From NCBI GenBank assembly GCA_045837725.1, contig JBEWZL010000084.1, positions 372,001-436,000 on the forward strand: DNA of 64,000 bases, written 5' to 3'. The translations under genes and the position numbers were made by a program. The notes beneath the pieces were generated by a model. The model made no database searches, was not told the origin of the DNA, and saw nothing but the letters and a program-made list of their open reading frames with translations. This document shows positions 1-13,302 of this stretch, one piece after another. This DNA comes from Vermamoeba vermiformis. Taxonomy: Eukaryota. The stretch's first letter is position 1; each line of letters starts with the position of its first letter.

Positions 1-201
1 GATCATAACAAAACACCTACTATAATCGATAGTGCACCTGAGTATGTCAAACAAATCACTGCGAAGTGTTGGGCTCAAAACCCTGAAGATCGACCGGTAA
101 GTCTCAGATCCAGCCCCGAGCCAAGAAATTAACTACTTTTCTAGGAAATGGAAGAGATTTGCGAGATGTTAAATAAGTACAAAAAAGAGAACGGAATGTA
201 G
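1..201 (+). CDS. 3' end of a tyrosine-kinase-like (TKL) protein kinase (partial)
   Basis: Reads ...APEYVKQITAKCWAQNPEDRP, then a GT-AG intron (97-144), then EMEEICEMLNKYKKENGM*. CW...P..RP is kinase subdomain XI. Confidence 0.8.
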
Positions 202-286
202 ATAGTTATAAAATATTTTAAGGAAGATCCACCAAGTTTCACAAACCGATTATTTAATATTATTTTTGCATTTATTAATTAATTTT

Positions 287-2361
287 TCAACGCGTTGTAT
301 AGCTAGATAATGACGAATCAATTGAATTGGAACTACCAGCCACGATCGATGAACTAGCTTGACCGCGCGTACTGCCATCTTTTTTGTTATTGTTGTGTAA
401 TAGCGTCATTAAGAAGACATTAATAAGACCAAAAAATGCTGGGAAATAATATTGCGCGATGAATGTGAAGTAGGTCTCCGTGACAACCGCCGGAAAAATG
501 ACGGCCATAATTAGCAATCCAATGACAGTGAAACCAGTGCTCAATAATAGCACCATTAACTATACCAAAGAATAAGTTAATCAATCTTTAGAAATTTATT
601 GCAAAGCTTACTTGGTGCGCTTCGCGTCGTTTCATTTGTTTGATGTGCGTGTTCTCAGCATCGGGTTTTGAGTAGATAAATTTCACGGTGACGATGAACC
701 CAATAATAACGGTGTATATGGACACGATCTAAATATAGACAGTTATTTTGAGATCGTTCATGAAAACGAAGAACTTGACTTACAAATAAGGCAACGTATG
801 CCACTGGATTAAATACGACGTTAGTGTCACTTCTTAACCGTTCAAGAATAAACTTTGCAAGTCCAATTGCCTAATTAGGAATGTTATAATCGTCTAATCT
901 TTTTTTTCAGCTTCGTACGACAAAAAATCCAATGATGACACCCAGCAAAATTCGCGAATGAAATCGCTTTTGGTGACTCGGGAACAAGAATCCAGACCTA
1001 TTATTAAAGTTAGACCGAGACCTATTATATAATGAAAGGTTTGTATAGTTGATACTGTGTGACGTACCACCACATGGCCAGTGAAAAGTTAGCGGATCCG
1101 ACGAAAGCAAATCCCATCGATAAAACACCCCATATGACATAATAAGGAGACAAAACATATATATAACACCACAGTGCTATGTCAAAAGCAATAAAACCTG
1201 CAACGAATGACAGTCAGTCACGTGACCTTTCTTAAAAAGGACATTTTACAACTTACTGGAGCAAGCCAACATGTTACAGAAATGAGCCACCGTAGTGTGA
1301 TTAATTATGAAGCCTTTAAGTTGAACGTAGAGCACTAGTTTGTAGATGCAAAAGCCAAGGCAAAGCAAGCCAAAAAAGACGAAGCTCCACATGAAGATTA
1401 GAATTCCCGGATCCAACGCCACAAAATTCCATAAAAACACTGCGTACAAAGATTAAATATACATATTATGTATTCACTTGCGAGAAACCTCACCTGGTTC
1501 AATACGAACATAGATCTCGTAATCGCGATCCAAAATTTGAATTGCTTCGTAGACCTTTGAAGAATAACTGCGTCAATAGTCGTAATTTTCCTATTAATTT
1601 TATGTTTACTTACTTCTTGATAAAAATAGTAGATTAACGTGCCTTTCAGTTGATTGAAGTAACTGACGATGGACCAATCAAGTTCGGCCGTTGATGAGCA
1701 CATTGGACGACCACAAGAAAACATCAATGTCTATAGTAATAATAAGTTAGTACTGATATCATTCCAAAAACTAGCGGAGCGTTCCGGATTCGGTTGCTAA
1801 ATTTGGAATTCCATCGCGTGGCTTTATAACATGATTTACCTTCCATCCTTTACTACGAGCATCCACTGCACCCTCTGGAAGGCTACATGTACTCGTTGAA
1901 TGCTCCGGAAGAGTGATGCTATCCTTCCAAAATTGCAACATGAGAATAGACGAATCTGGATCGAATTCGCCGTTAGCAATATTATTCAATCCACAGCCAT
2001 CACTAGGTTCTCCGATGTATATCTTGCCGCTCCATATTTTTGTAAGGCCATCTGTGAGTGCGGAAATGGTATAAATTTTGTCGTAAGATCTGTTTCGGAT
2101 GTCAAGCCGATCCAAGACCAAATTAATTTCTAATTCTTCTGTAATAGTTGATCCTGTCGACTTTGATACCAGCTTTGTGAATGTGATGCCACTTGATGAT
2201 GAACAAACGAAGATCTATTGCAAAAATTATTATCGGTTTACTGTGCAGATCTAACGCGATTCATGTGCTTGATTTTCACTAATTATAATTTTGACCAATG
2301 TTTAATATCATTTTATTGCACTTACGCAGATTAAAATTAGTCCTGCCAATAAAAACCGCAT
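287..2361 (-). CDS. Multi-exon membrane protein: signal peptide, PA-like ectodomain, about 7 TM segments
   Basis: Spliced start MRFLLAGLILIC|IFVCSSS, PA-like IGEPSDGCGLNNI, several hydrophobic exons and a Ser-rich tail. Domain calls are by eye. Confidence 0.6.
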
Positions 2362-2535
2362 TGGCCAATTGAATTTTTCTGCTACTGTTGATTGAACTAA
2401 TTTAGCCACATAAAATACCAAAATAACTCTATAATTATGGTGTTTACAATAAATAACAATAAAAATAGTTGATAACGTTTGGGTTGGCGCGTGACACGTG
2501 TCACGACAAAATTTTTTTTAATTTACATTCCAGTT

Positions 2536-4862
2536 TTATATTTTCACTGAACCTTTGAGTATTTTCAATGCTAATTCAGCTGCTTCTGTCATATTTAACA
2601 CATGCCTAGCGTGTAAGTTTTCGTCGGTGCATTCGGCAAACTGTTCAGCCAGGGCTCCTCGGACGTTTGTGATCTTCTTATAACTATTGTCTAAATATAT
2701 CACTGGCTTGCCCATTAGTGTCGACATGATACTCGCGTGAAGTCTGTCAGTGATCACCAATCGCCCACGGCTGAAAAGATTGTTCGCCATTTGTGTGCGC
2801 AACCCCAAAAAGGCATGACGATTGTTATGCACGACTGAAGTCAATTGCTTCGGGTATAGCCTCTCATAGTTATAGACGGCGGTCTTATTGTCTGAGGCAA
2901 GTTTCAATGGAAATCCAAAAATAGGAAAGTCCCAAACTTCGTATGAAACCTTCGCCTTGGCAAGTTTTTGGAAGGCAAATTTTCGATGCTGAAACTTGAT
3001 GACGCGTTCTTTGTCCAAACGAAGCAAGAAAATAACATCGACTATAGGATTGGCACTTGGTGTCTGAGGGCCCATTGCAAAGGCCATGTCTGGAACGTAC
3101 ATTGCTGGCTTGCCGCTGAAATTTGCTCTCGAGTAGTTGAGTGACGGGTAGTCTCGGAGCATGAACAGCGTTTTGTCGTGCTTTTGAAACGTAGTGTTGT
3201 GCGTTGTCATGACTTCTTCTTTTCGATAATGAATAGACTGGGGCAAGAAAATCAATTCGTTGTTGTTGAGGCCATAAACAGCCTCGAGTCTGAAGTTCGC
3301 ATTATCTGGCCATAAATCTCCGAAATTTCCACCGCCGTGCAACAAAGCCACGCCATTACGAAGCAGCTTTGCGATAAAAAGGTCAGCCTGATTAAGGGTA
3401 GATTTAATTTCGAATACCTGATTTGCCCGGGTTATGTTTCTGTCTGCTATGTCATCGGTGACAATCGGGAATTGACCGCGAGTTTCTAACACAGCTTGCG
3501 TGCCTTGCCAGATGAAGATGTCACCCAAGTTCCAGTGCATTGGCCAGTCCATGTACGCCACAGGCTCGCCGTCTTTGATTCTCGAACCTACTTCATGCAA
3601 CACTCTCTCGCGTACTTTACGAAGACAAATGAGTCTGTTGAGTTCATACTCGGGATCCAATTGAATCGGTTGAAGACCTTTGACACGTGTCATGGGTGTC
3701 AGTGAGACTGGCGAGACTGATTGCTTGGCGTTGGCCACGACGACTAATGAGCATTGGAATAACAACAGAAGCGCACAGAAGGCAAGGAGGATGTAAAGTT
3801 TGCTGTGAGACTCGTTGGATCCATTGGGTTGTGGCGGATCCAGTGAAGAGTAGTGAGCACTGGCAGCCAGAAGAATGATAGAGCTGGCAAAGAGTGGCGT
3901 TGTTAACTCGATTCCAGAGATGATGATGACTAGGAACGTCGTGATAATGAAAAATTTTGCTTTTTCGGGCTGGGTCAGCGTTGTGAAAAATAGATCTGCA
4001 CGACGATACAGCAAGAACAACAAGCAAAGGAAGATAATCACGACACTCGCGAATGTAACGCTGATATTTTCCAAGTGAATCGTGTTGAATTCCAGCCAAG
4101 CAAATGGTGCCAATAAAACAGCGAGAAAACCGCTGGCGTAGATCTCGGCTTGCAGACATTGTGATCCGTTCGTATAACGCGGCATTTGATGATGAAGGTA
4201 ATAATTGATACAAGCAAATGTACCTGCGCTTGTAATCTCCAAGAGGGACCAAGGAATTCGAAGAGGATCCAAAACGTGGATAAAAAATGCCATTACTCCA
4301 AGACTAAATAAGACGCTGGCTCTAGTGTAGTTCTTTTGCGTCTCACTTGCATTGAGGAATTGCCAAAAGTTGACCACTATAAGCTTCGAAACGAAGAAAT
4401 GTCAGTCAGATCGCGATTTGTGTACGGATTCAATAATTATTGATACGCTTCGTGCAAATGGCAGTAATAAATTGAATTTCAATTTGTAGTATTAAATGCA
4501 TTATATGCCATAGGCTGCGGACGTAAACGCAAAGGAAAAATTGCGCTGTAATTTACCTGCATTACGGCAATGACTCGTATGGAACAAATATTTACGGCAA
4601 TAAAAAATGTAGAAATATCTGCCATTTGTAGTACAATCAGGAGCAGGCGAGAAAATGGCTGTTTCTTTGGTTCTGCGGGTTGATCTTGACATCCAACGAG
4701 CCAAACAGCAGGGCCAACGGCCAATAAAAATATAGATATTATCCATGCAATCAAAAGCGGTGTATTAAATAAGTTAGCCAATATTTTGGCCTGGATTTGG
4801 CTTCCTACGGCTGCAACAATACCTGCCGTTAAAAAAATCGCCGTTGCAGCGTCGAATCGCAT
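2536..4862 (-). CDS. Polysaccharide pyruvyltransferase (Pvg1/EpsO-like) with N-terminal multi-TM domain, copy A
   Basis: Motifs NLGDIFIWQG, HGGGNFGDLW, LPQSI, PDMAF, ITDRLHASI and DNSYKK. About 11 hydrophobic segments at the N-terminus. Two introns (~4384-4556 and ~3367-3417). Confidence 0.85.
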
Positions 4863-5003
4863 CGCGTTTACCAATCAACGGTGTTATTCATCTGCTTAGG
4901 CCATAAATTCACTAACCTAAGCATATTTTGTGCGTTTGTTTCTGCATGACACGTGTCATCGAAATTCCGGCAAATTTAATTTATTATACTTATTCAGTTA
5001 GTT

Positions 5004-7208
5004 TTATATTTTCACTGAACCATTAAGTATGTTCAGTGCTAAATCAGCGGCTTCCGTCAAAGTAGACACATGTCGCGCGTGTAAGTTTTCATCCGAACAT
5101 TCATCAAATTCTTGTGCAAGCGCTCCTCGGACGTTTGTGATCTTCTTATAACTGTTGTCCAAATATATCACTGGCTTGCCCATTAGTGTCGACATGATAC
5201 TCGCGTGAAGTCTGTCAGTGATCACCAATCGCCCACGGCTGAAAAGATTGTTCGCCATTTGCGTGCGGAACCCCAAATAGGCGTGACGCGTGTTATGCGG
5301 CACCTTGTTCAGTTGCTTCGGGTAAACTTTAGTGTAGTCGTAGACGGCGGTCTTATTGTCTGAGGCAAGTTTCAACGGAAATCCAAAAATAGGAAAGTCC
5401 CAAACTTCGTATGAAACCTTCGCCTTGGCAAGTTTTTCGTACGCAAATTTTCTTTGGTCAAGTTTGACGACACGTTCTTTGTCCAACCGAAGCAAGAAGA
5501 TAACATCGACTATCGGATTGGCGCTTGGTGTCTGGGGGCCCATTGCAAAGGCCATATCTGGAACGTACATTGCTGGCTTGCCGCTGAAATTTGCTCTCGA
5601 GTAGTTGAGTGACGGGTAGTCTCGGAGCATGAACAACGTTTTGCGGTGTTGTTGGAAGGTCGCGTTGCTTGATTTCATGTTTTCCTCTTTAGTGTAGTGA
5701 ATGGACTGGGGCAAGAAAATCAGCTCTTTGCTTTTGAGTCCTTTGACAGCATTGAGTCTGAAATTAGCGTTATTTGTCCATAAATCTCCGAAATTTCCGC
5801 CGCCGTGAAACAAAGCCACACCATTACGAAGGAGCTTTTAACAAGAATTCGTGTCAAAAAATATTTTGAAAAATTGATGATCTTTTACCTGATTTGCCCG
5901 CGTAATGTTTCTGTCCATAAACAGATCTGTAACAATCGGGAATTGACCACGAATTTCCAACACGGCTTGCGTGCCTTGCCAGATGAAAATGTCACCCAAG
6001 TTCCAGTGCATTGGTAAGTCCATAAATGCCACAGGCTCGCCATCTTTGATTCTCGAACCTACTTCATGCAACACTCTCTCGCGAACTTTGCGAAGACAGA
6101 TGAGTCTGTTGAATTCGTACTCGGGATTCAATTGAATTGGTTGAAGACCTTTGACACGTGTCATGGGTGTCAGTGAGACTGGCGATACTGACGGCTTTGC
6201 ATTAGACACGACGACTAATGAGCATTGGAAGAGCAATAGAAGCGCACAGAAGGCAAGAAGGATGTAAAGTTTGCTGTGACACTCGTTGGATCCATTGGGT
6301 TGTGGCGGATCCAGTGAAGAGTAGTAAGCACTGACAGCCAACAAAATGATAGAGCTAGCAAAGAGCGGCGTTATGAGCTCGAAGCTTGACGCGATGATCG
6401 TGAGAAATGTCGTGGCAATGAGAAACTTTGCTGTTTCAGGCTGGGTCAGCGTTGTGAAAAATAGATCTGCACGACGATACAGCAAGAACAACACGCACAG
6501 GAAGACGATTCTGACACTTGTAAATGACACGTGGACATTCTCCAATTGAATCGTGTTGAATTCCAGCCAAGCAAATGGTGCCAATAAAACAGCGAGAAAA
6601 CCACTGGCGTAGATTTCGGTCTGCAGAACTTGCGATGCGTCCATAAACTTCTGCGCGTGGTGATGAAGATAGTAATTGACGCAAGCATATACGCAGGCAG
6701 TAGTTAATTCCAAGATCGACCATTGAATCCTAAGTGGATCCAAAACGTGCAACAAAAACGCCAGAATTCCAAGGCAAAATAAACAGCTAGCTCCAATATA
6801 GTGCGCGCGCTTCTCGCTAGCTGAATTGAGAAATTGCCAAAAGTTGACCACGATCAGCTTAAAATAATGCGTCAGTACGAATTTACCCTCATTTTTGTTT
6901 ACCTGCATCCCAGCAATGACTCGAACGGAGCTAAAACTGATGGCGATAAAAAACGTAGAAATATCTGCCATTTGTAGCACAATCATTAGAAGACGAGAAA
7001 ATTGCTGTTTCTTCGGTTCTGCGGGTTGATCTTGAAATACGCATAGCCATTGAACAGGACCAAAGAGCCATAGAAATATACACATTATCCATGCAGCCAA
7101 GAGTGGCGTATTAAATAAGTTAGCCAATATTTTGGCTTGGATTTGGCTTCCGACAACGGCCACGACACAAGCCGTGAGAAAAATCGCCGTTGTAGCGTTG
7201 AATCGCAT
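5004..7208 (-). CDS. Polysaccharide pyruvyltransferase with N-terminal multi-TM domain, copy B (tandem paralog)
   Basis: Same motifs and the same two intron positions as copy A. ORFs 5838-7208 and 5004-5819 are joined by an intron at ~5837-5888. Confidence 0.85.
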
Positions 7209-7849
7209 CGCGTTACTCTAATTAGCGGTGTTAGTCATCCGCTTACTACACAAATTGAATTTTAACCGAGTTCTGCTTTTTCCCAAAAGAAGAAGTGTCA
7301 AAACGCGTCAAAATTTTGATGTCGGCCGATTTGAATTGAATTTGACCTTATCCATAAATAACTCCAAATACGAACAAAATCATTAAATGCCAATAAAGGA
7401 CTAAAATTACCGGGCATCCACCATCAAGATCTCCGCTCCAAAGCATTCCGGATCAGTTGGCTAACCAACAGACCACGAACGATCCAATTAGGTGCTTTTG
7501 GTGGCTTATTCGGTTCCCATTAGGGTCATGTCAATAAGCTTCGGGGTTGGATTTCCTTTTTTTGCCGCCAAACAGGATTCAAAACAACTCTAGATCGTTT
7601 TCTGCTGCTGTACATTATTCTGCTTCAATAATTTTGCTATTCTCGCTGGTGCGACCAAAATTATTGCAAAGTTGGTCCCAGAGAAACCGGACGAATCCGA
7701 ACTATTAAAAATATTTTCCTAATTAAATTCGAAGTTGTTTTAAAATATTACCCACCAATATTGATAATTATAAAATTGTCTATTGAGCACGTATTTACAA
7801 TTTTCTATTTACTAGATGAGTCACATCTTTCTGAGCCATTCAGCTTTGC

Positions 7850-9243
7850 CTATTTCCGCTTCTTATCTAATACTTCAGTAATACCGATATTAAGGTCGTC
7901 ATATGCGCATTCGAATAGGCAAGCTCTGTTCAACAATTCAAATAAATAAATTCCTTTCTTGATCGGCGTGTTTCCAACCATGTGATTGACGTAGTGATAT
8001 ACATAGGCTCGTTCCTCTACGTCATGACGGAATTTTCGTACTTCTGCGTCCTCTGGTTTGGTGTCATAACGCGGCGTGTGCCACCACGGGTGTGGATAAA
8101 AAGCATAGTGATCCACAAAGACTGTGACAGCGGGACTACCGATAGGTTCATTGGGTAATTGGATGGTGCCTAAATGAGCGAATCAGAACACATTCGATTT
8201 GGTTTGAATTAGTTTTTCTAAATTAGGAGAATACACAGATCAGATGACGAAAATGTTCATACCTGCTTTATGCGCTGGAATCCAACGAACCATAAAAGGG
8301 TGTAAATTACCCCAATTATTAACGCAGCGAGTAATTACACGAGGTCCAGCGACATCCCACGACTTTGGGTCGTAATTTGACACTAGATCGTGCATCGCAT
8401 AATACAAAAAGGGATGTTGACGATCAAAAATCAATACCGCACCTATTTAACTATAATTAGTAATTTGCCTCCCGATTGGTAGCGATTGGAGTTAAATTTT
8501 GAACAGATCGACTTACCGTTGATTTCTCCTCCTTTGTACACAGACGTTGGATGCTGAACTCCAACTGCATTTCTTATATTTTTGATACTTCGAAAAACTG
8601 GCGCATCAGTGTCCAAATACACTCCGCCGTATTTCCAAAGCAGGGCAATTCGCATCGCATCCGTTACGTGGCTGTAATAGTTCGAGGAGTTCTTCCATTC
8701 ATTGATACGAGCAGCCCATCGAGCTAAAGGAGTGCCGACAAATATCTTTTCGGGCTCTAGACGGTGATGTCTGACTTCAAATGATTGATCTGTGTAAAAC
8801 TTGAAATCTTCAATGCTCATATCCTTCGTAAACATATGCAATACTGCGTCAGGGTGGTACTTGAATATACTGTCTATCACTCGAAAATGTTTCAACTTGA
8901 AATCCGCTCGTTTTGTAGACCATAAGAGGAAAAAGTTTAGCCCATCAGGTGAGCAATTCTTTTCTACTTCCAGCGTCTGTTGATCCACGTCCATCTCGCT
9001 TACGCACGTAGTGATGCCCAAATCCATATAATTATCTAATATTGAGCTGTTTTTGCCCTTTGCGAAAGCGGCATCTTTTGCGCAGTTCTCAAAGTTTGTT
9101 GTTTCTATTTCATTCCCTCGTCTTTTCGCTGAATATTGTAACATCATAAGTAAAAATATAATAGCAACCGCAATTATAATTGCCAGCCGCTTCTTTTGGG
9201 TAGACCATCCATTTAACAAGCGTGGAAAAGATCTGGTCTGCAT
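7850..9243 (-). CDS. GT32-type (alpha-1,4-glycosyltransferase / Gb3 synthase-like) type II membrane glycosyltransferase
   Basis: N-terminal TM anchor, SHVTDAMRIALLWKYGGVYLDTD (DxD), WDVAGPRVITR and AFYPHPW. Three exons splice in frame. Confidence 0.85.
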
Positions 9244-9581
9244 TTGTGGTGTCTTGCAAGACGGTTAGCTAGAAAAACAAGAATATGTGTGCGCCTCCCT
9301 TGGGTTTGTGTAACTTTGAAAATTTTCTGACCAGAGGACAATTCGTTTTTGAAAGAGTAAGAGAATTGGACACTTTGGCATAAAAACGGAAATAGGTAAC
9401 GAACTAATTCAAGATTCAGTAGTCAAATTAACACCATTGTGGCGTACGAATTGCGTAAATACGAAAGACAAAGACACAAAACGATTTTGTGATTTGTTTA
9501 GGTTTAGATCTCGTTGCCAAAATTTCTGGTGCACCTCGTGCGTTCATTTTTCTTTGTTTATTTTTAGACGAGCACAATAAA

Positions 9582-11980
9582 ATGGATGCAATGGAAGTTG
9601 ATGCATATGAATCAATTGTTGATGCTCTCCCAGCCGAGATTTGGCACCAGATCTTCAGAAACTTAAGTGTTTCGGACTTACCTTCCATAATTCGAAGTTG
9701 TAAATATATTAATAATTCGATAACTATCAAAATTAAGAGAGATCTTATCGCCAAATTGAAATCGTAAGCTTTGCTTTGATTTTGTTTTGGAATCCGGTCT
9801 AACTTTTCTAAAGAACCGATGTTTATGGAGTTAAATACAAAGCAGTTAAGAGAAAATTTTCAGAGCACTTTCTAAAGGTACGTAACGCGAAGTCAATGCG
9901 ATTTTACCATTCTAATAATTAAAAAAATATTTATTTTTGCTCCATCCGCGTTGAGGCTTCAACTTATAGTTTAAACAGTTAGCCGTTCAATACAATGATG
10001 CATCGTATATGGACGAATTTTTAACAGAGGAGATCTGGCCTTGGAACGTTGTCAGCCTGCTTTTTGTCCCCGAACAAAAGCGCTATAATTATACAAAGCC
10101 AAAAGAGCCCCCTTTTAGAATGAAATTTTTCGAAGAAATGCTCACTAATAACGCCACGAATGTCCTCGAATGGATAATGACGGTAAGTGGATGGGGGCAC
10201 AAATTTATTTATTGCTGAGCAAATCAAATCGGTTAATCATAGCGTCATATGTACTAACATTTATATATATAGCAATTTGATAATATTGAACCAGAGGCTC
10301 TTGGTTTTTCAGTGAAAAAAAACGGATCTTTCCAACTGTTCTTGCTTTGTTTTTTGAAGAGTCTTCTCGCGACTGAAAAAACAATAAGAAAACTCAAAAT
10401 ATATAGCCAAGCAATGAAAATAATTGAAAAATACAACGACGTCGTGATAAGGCTGGTAATTTTAGCGCGGGAAGGGTTCAGCGTCGTTCCGGATCTGTCA
10501 AATGTCGATAAAAACACCACGGATTCATACGTCTGCTTCGATTATAATAGTTATGAATTATTGGTAAGTGCTAAAATTAAGGCTAAGTTGCCAACTTTTC
10601 TTACCGTGAAAAATCATTTTTTGACACTTTGACACGCGATATTTTTCACGTGTCACTGAACAAGTCCGAACTTTTTACGTCTATATACAGTGCTTTATTA
10701 ATAAGACGCCATTAGCCGAGTGACACGTGTCAACATGACGCTGAACGATCGATTAATTGAAGTTGTATTTGTAGGACAAAGACCCCTTGAAATACTTGCA
10801 ATTCTTGATCTACATCCACGTGACGCACGACCAATACAATTTCAACTTTGACACGGCGACTGCAGATATTTTTGAGAATAACACCAACGAGGAGTTATTT
10901 GCGCTGCCCATGCTCAATCTGCCACTAGCACTAATGGTACAAATTGAAACATAATATTGTTTAATATGAGTTCAATTATTAATTTACCTAATTAGTTAAC
11001 TCCGCTCGAACTTGCCTATTATGTCAACGATCACTTAATGGTCGACGAGATCCAAAAAATCTCACCGATTGATAAAAAGCGTCCTTATATTGCTTGGGTT
11101 ATTGCACACGGTCCCGCAGCAGAAAATAGGTTCTTAAATAGCCTCAGTAAGCTCGCTGGTAAGTCGGTGTCAGATCCGTCGAAAAAAATAATTTTATTTT
11201 TTTTGTTGCAGATCTTAATGCAAAGTTTACTCCGGGCATTCAAGCGCTGCTTGAAGATATTTATAAGAAGCCTATTGAAACAGCACTAGGCATGGCATTA
11301 CTTCGATACGCTAAGCCTGCGCGGATGTGCACGATCGAATGGCTTCTTTCAAACGGCGCTAAATTCTCAGAAAATGAAAGTTCATTTATCCTAAAACAAA
11401 CTTCGCTGAACTTAAAAAAAGTGCTGTTTGCCAGCGAGACTCCGAAATACAGTATTTTGAAAAATATTCCGACAAAAGAAGTTGACTTGAAGATCCGTAA
11501 TTTGACCTTCAAACAATGCCCCAAAAAGGGATCTTTTCGAGATCGATCAGACTTAGTAATAAGGCCTAACTCTACTTTTTCCAAGTTTAGTAAGTACACG
11601 AATTTTTGCAAACATTGAATTCTTTGTACTAACGGCGTAAATTCGTAGAGAAAGGAGAATATAAAGGCAAATGGGAATTGACCGATAATCTATTGACGTG
11701 CAAGAGCGAGAAATTTGAGGTGAAATTTTGGTCGGGTGGATCCAACGGAGCATTTACGGAAACAATCTCTGACGACAAAACGGAGTTTAAATTCAAAATA
11801 GTATTGTAAGAATGATATTTTAGATACGTTATCTTCCGTAAATTTGCTAACGTTTCCTATTTTGGCAAAATCTCTAGGACTTGTTACGACGATCCAGTTC
11901 TCATCGACGCAGACAGCAAGACTAAAACACCTACATTCAACAATCTACTCAAATTACACTGGTGTGAAATGCACGGTTAA
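9582..11980 (+). CDS. F-box protein with ankyrin-like repeats (multi-exon)
   Basis: F-box DALPAEIWHQIFRNLSVSDLPSIIRSCK. Ankyrin-like LTPLELAY and TIEWLLSNGA. Last exons splice to ...HWCEMHG* at 11980. Confidence 0.6.
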
Positions 11981-12138
11981 TCAATGAACGAACCAGCTGC
12001 AGCGAAAATAAACTTGACACGTCAAAGTCACTCAAATGTTTTTCACGCGTGTCAAAATAGTCGAAGTTTTCTTAGTTATCAACGTTTTAATAAAAGTGCA
12101 GCTACGATCCGTTAAGCTTACTGCAAATATGAACCTCT

Positions 12139-12718
12139 TTAGATAATTAATGTGATCATAGAAGCAACAATAAACATAATACATTGCAGAACAATGTTAG
12201 ATCTGCTCATCGCTGCTGAAACTTGTTGCGGCACTAATGTAGGATTGTAGTCTGGTGTTCCAGGAATGTACGGCAATGGCGAGGGTTCTGGAGCTGGAGG
12301 TCTTACATTCGGATCTGCAAAAATACTTCCGGTCATTAAATTTTATCGTTAAGATTATTTCCTTATTTAGAAATATTCAACCCTACCGTTCGTGAATGTC
12401 CAACTCGAAATAGTTTGTTTGAAATACATAGCGCCCGTTGAGCCAGCAATACCAAGGTAATAATGGCCGTAACGCTGAGTAGAATCCGCTTCCGATCGCC
12501 ATTCTGGATGCGTTGTAATAAACCGCCAAAGATTGCGACGAGGAATAATTCGTCAATACTAATGAAGCGGCGTCTATGCTAGCACTGCCAATCGTTTTTA
12601 TACTGGCAGCATTGAAGTTGTTGCTAAACGAGATCGCTTGTTGAGGGAAGTGGATGGCGCTAACCGCCAACACTAAGCCAAAAATGACCAATAGAAATAC
12701 TACTCGCATTGAATACAT
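12139..12718 (-). pseudogene. Internally deleted, frameshifted legume-type (L-type) lectin with Pro-rich stalk and hydrophobic/GPI-like tail
   Basis: Signal peptide plus lectin N-terminal strands (IGSASID..LVLT..SQSLAVYY..GFYSA). The lectin C-terminus YLGIAGSTGAMYFKQTISSWTF lies in the +1 frame and splices (intron 12315-12386) into DPNVRPPAPEPS. Confidence 0.6.
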
Positions 12719-13302
12719 ATGACCTGTGGTGAATTCCAGCGAGAATAGAATTGAATGAGCGAGTGAGTAAAAACGAGCTAAAATAAGTTTTGGCCGTGTC
12801 ACAAAGACATTATGACACTCGCTCCGAGTGCTACGAGATTCGTGGACCCTCTATTGTCGTCATAATAGGCTGCACTCGACCACAGTTCTTGATTTAAGCT
12901 CACTGATGAGCCCGACAGCTAATCCGACCTGCGAAGCATTAGTTCAAACGTTCGAACTTAGATCGTAGTTTAAATATTATTTGAATATTCTAGCCTACGC
13001 ACTATTTATTATATTGTATTTATCAACCCGCTAATTGTAGTATTTATCGAGTTATATTTACGATTAATTATTTATTTGATCTAGCTCGTGCGCTATCAAA
13101 ATAGTTTGATAAATTCTAATTGGCCACTTTAATAATTAATATTCTCACCGGAAAGCAACACCCGAGGAAAAGCGCGCCAAATCTGCTTGCAGCGCACATC
13201 CGTCATTTTACGGTAACTGCTAGTCATTATTGCAAACTTTGAAGGGAACGGGCTCTTTTGTTGTATTACAGAGTAGTTTTTGTATTACAGTGTAATGAAA
13301 CA

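Noticed and set aside
12903-12940. CTGATGAG resembling a hammerhead ribozyme core
   Set aside because: No correctly placed GAAA or supporting stems were seen.
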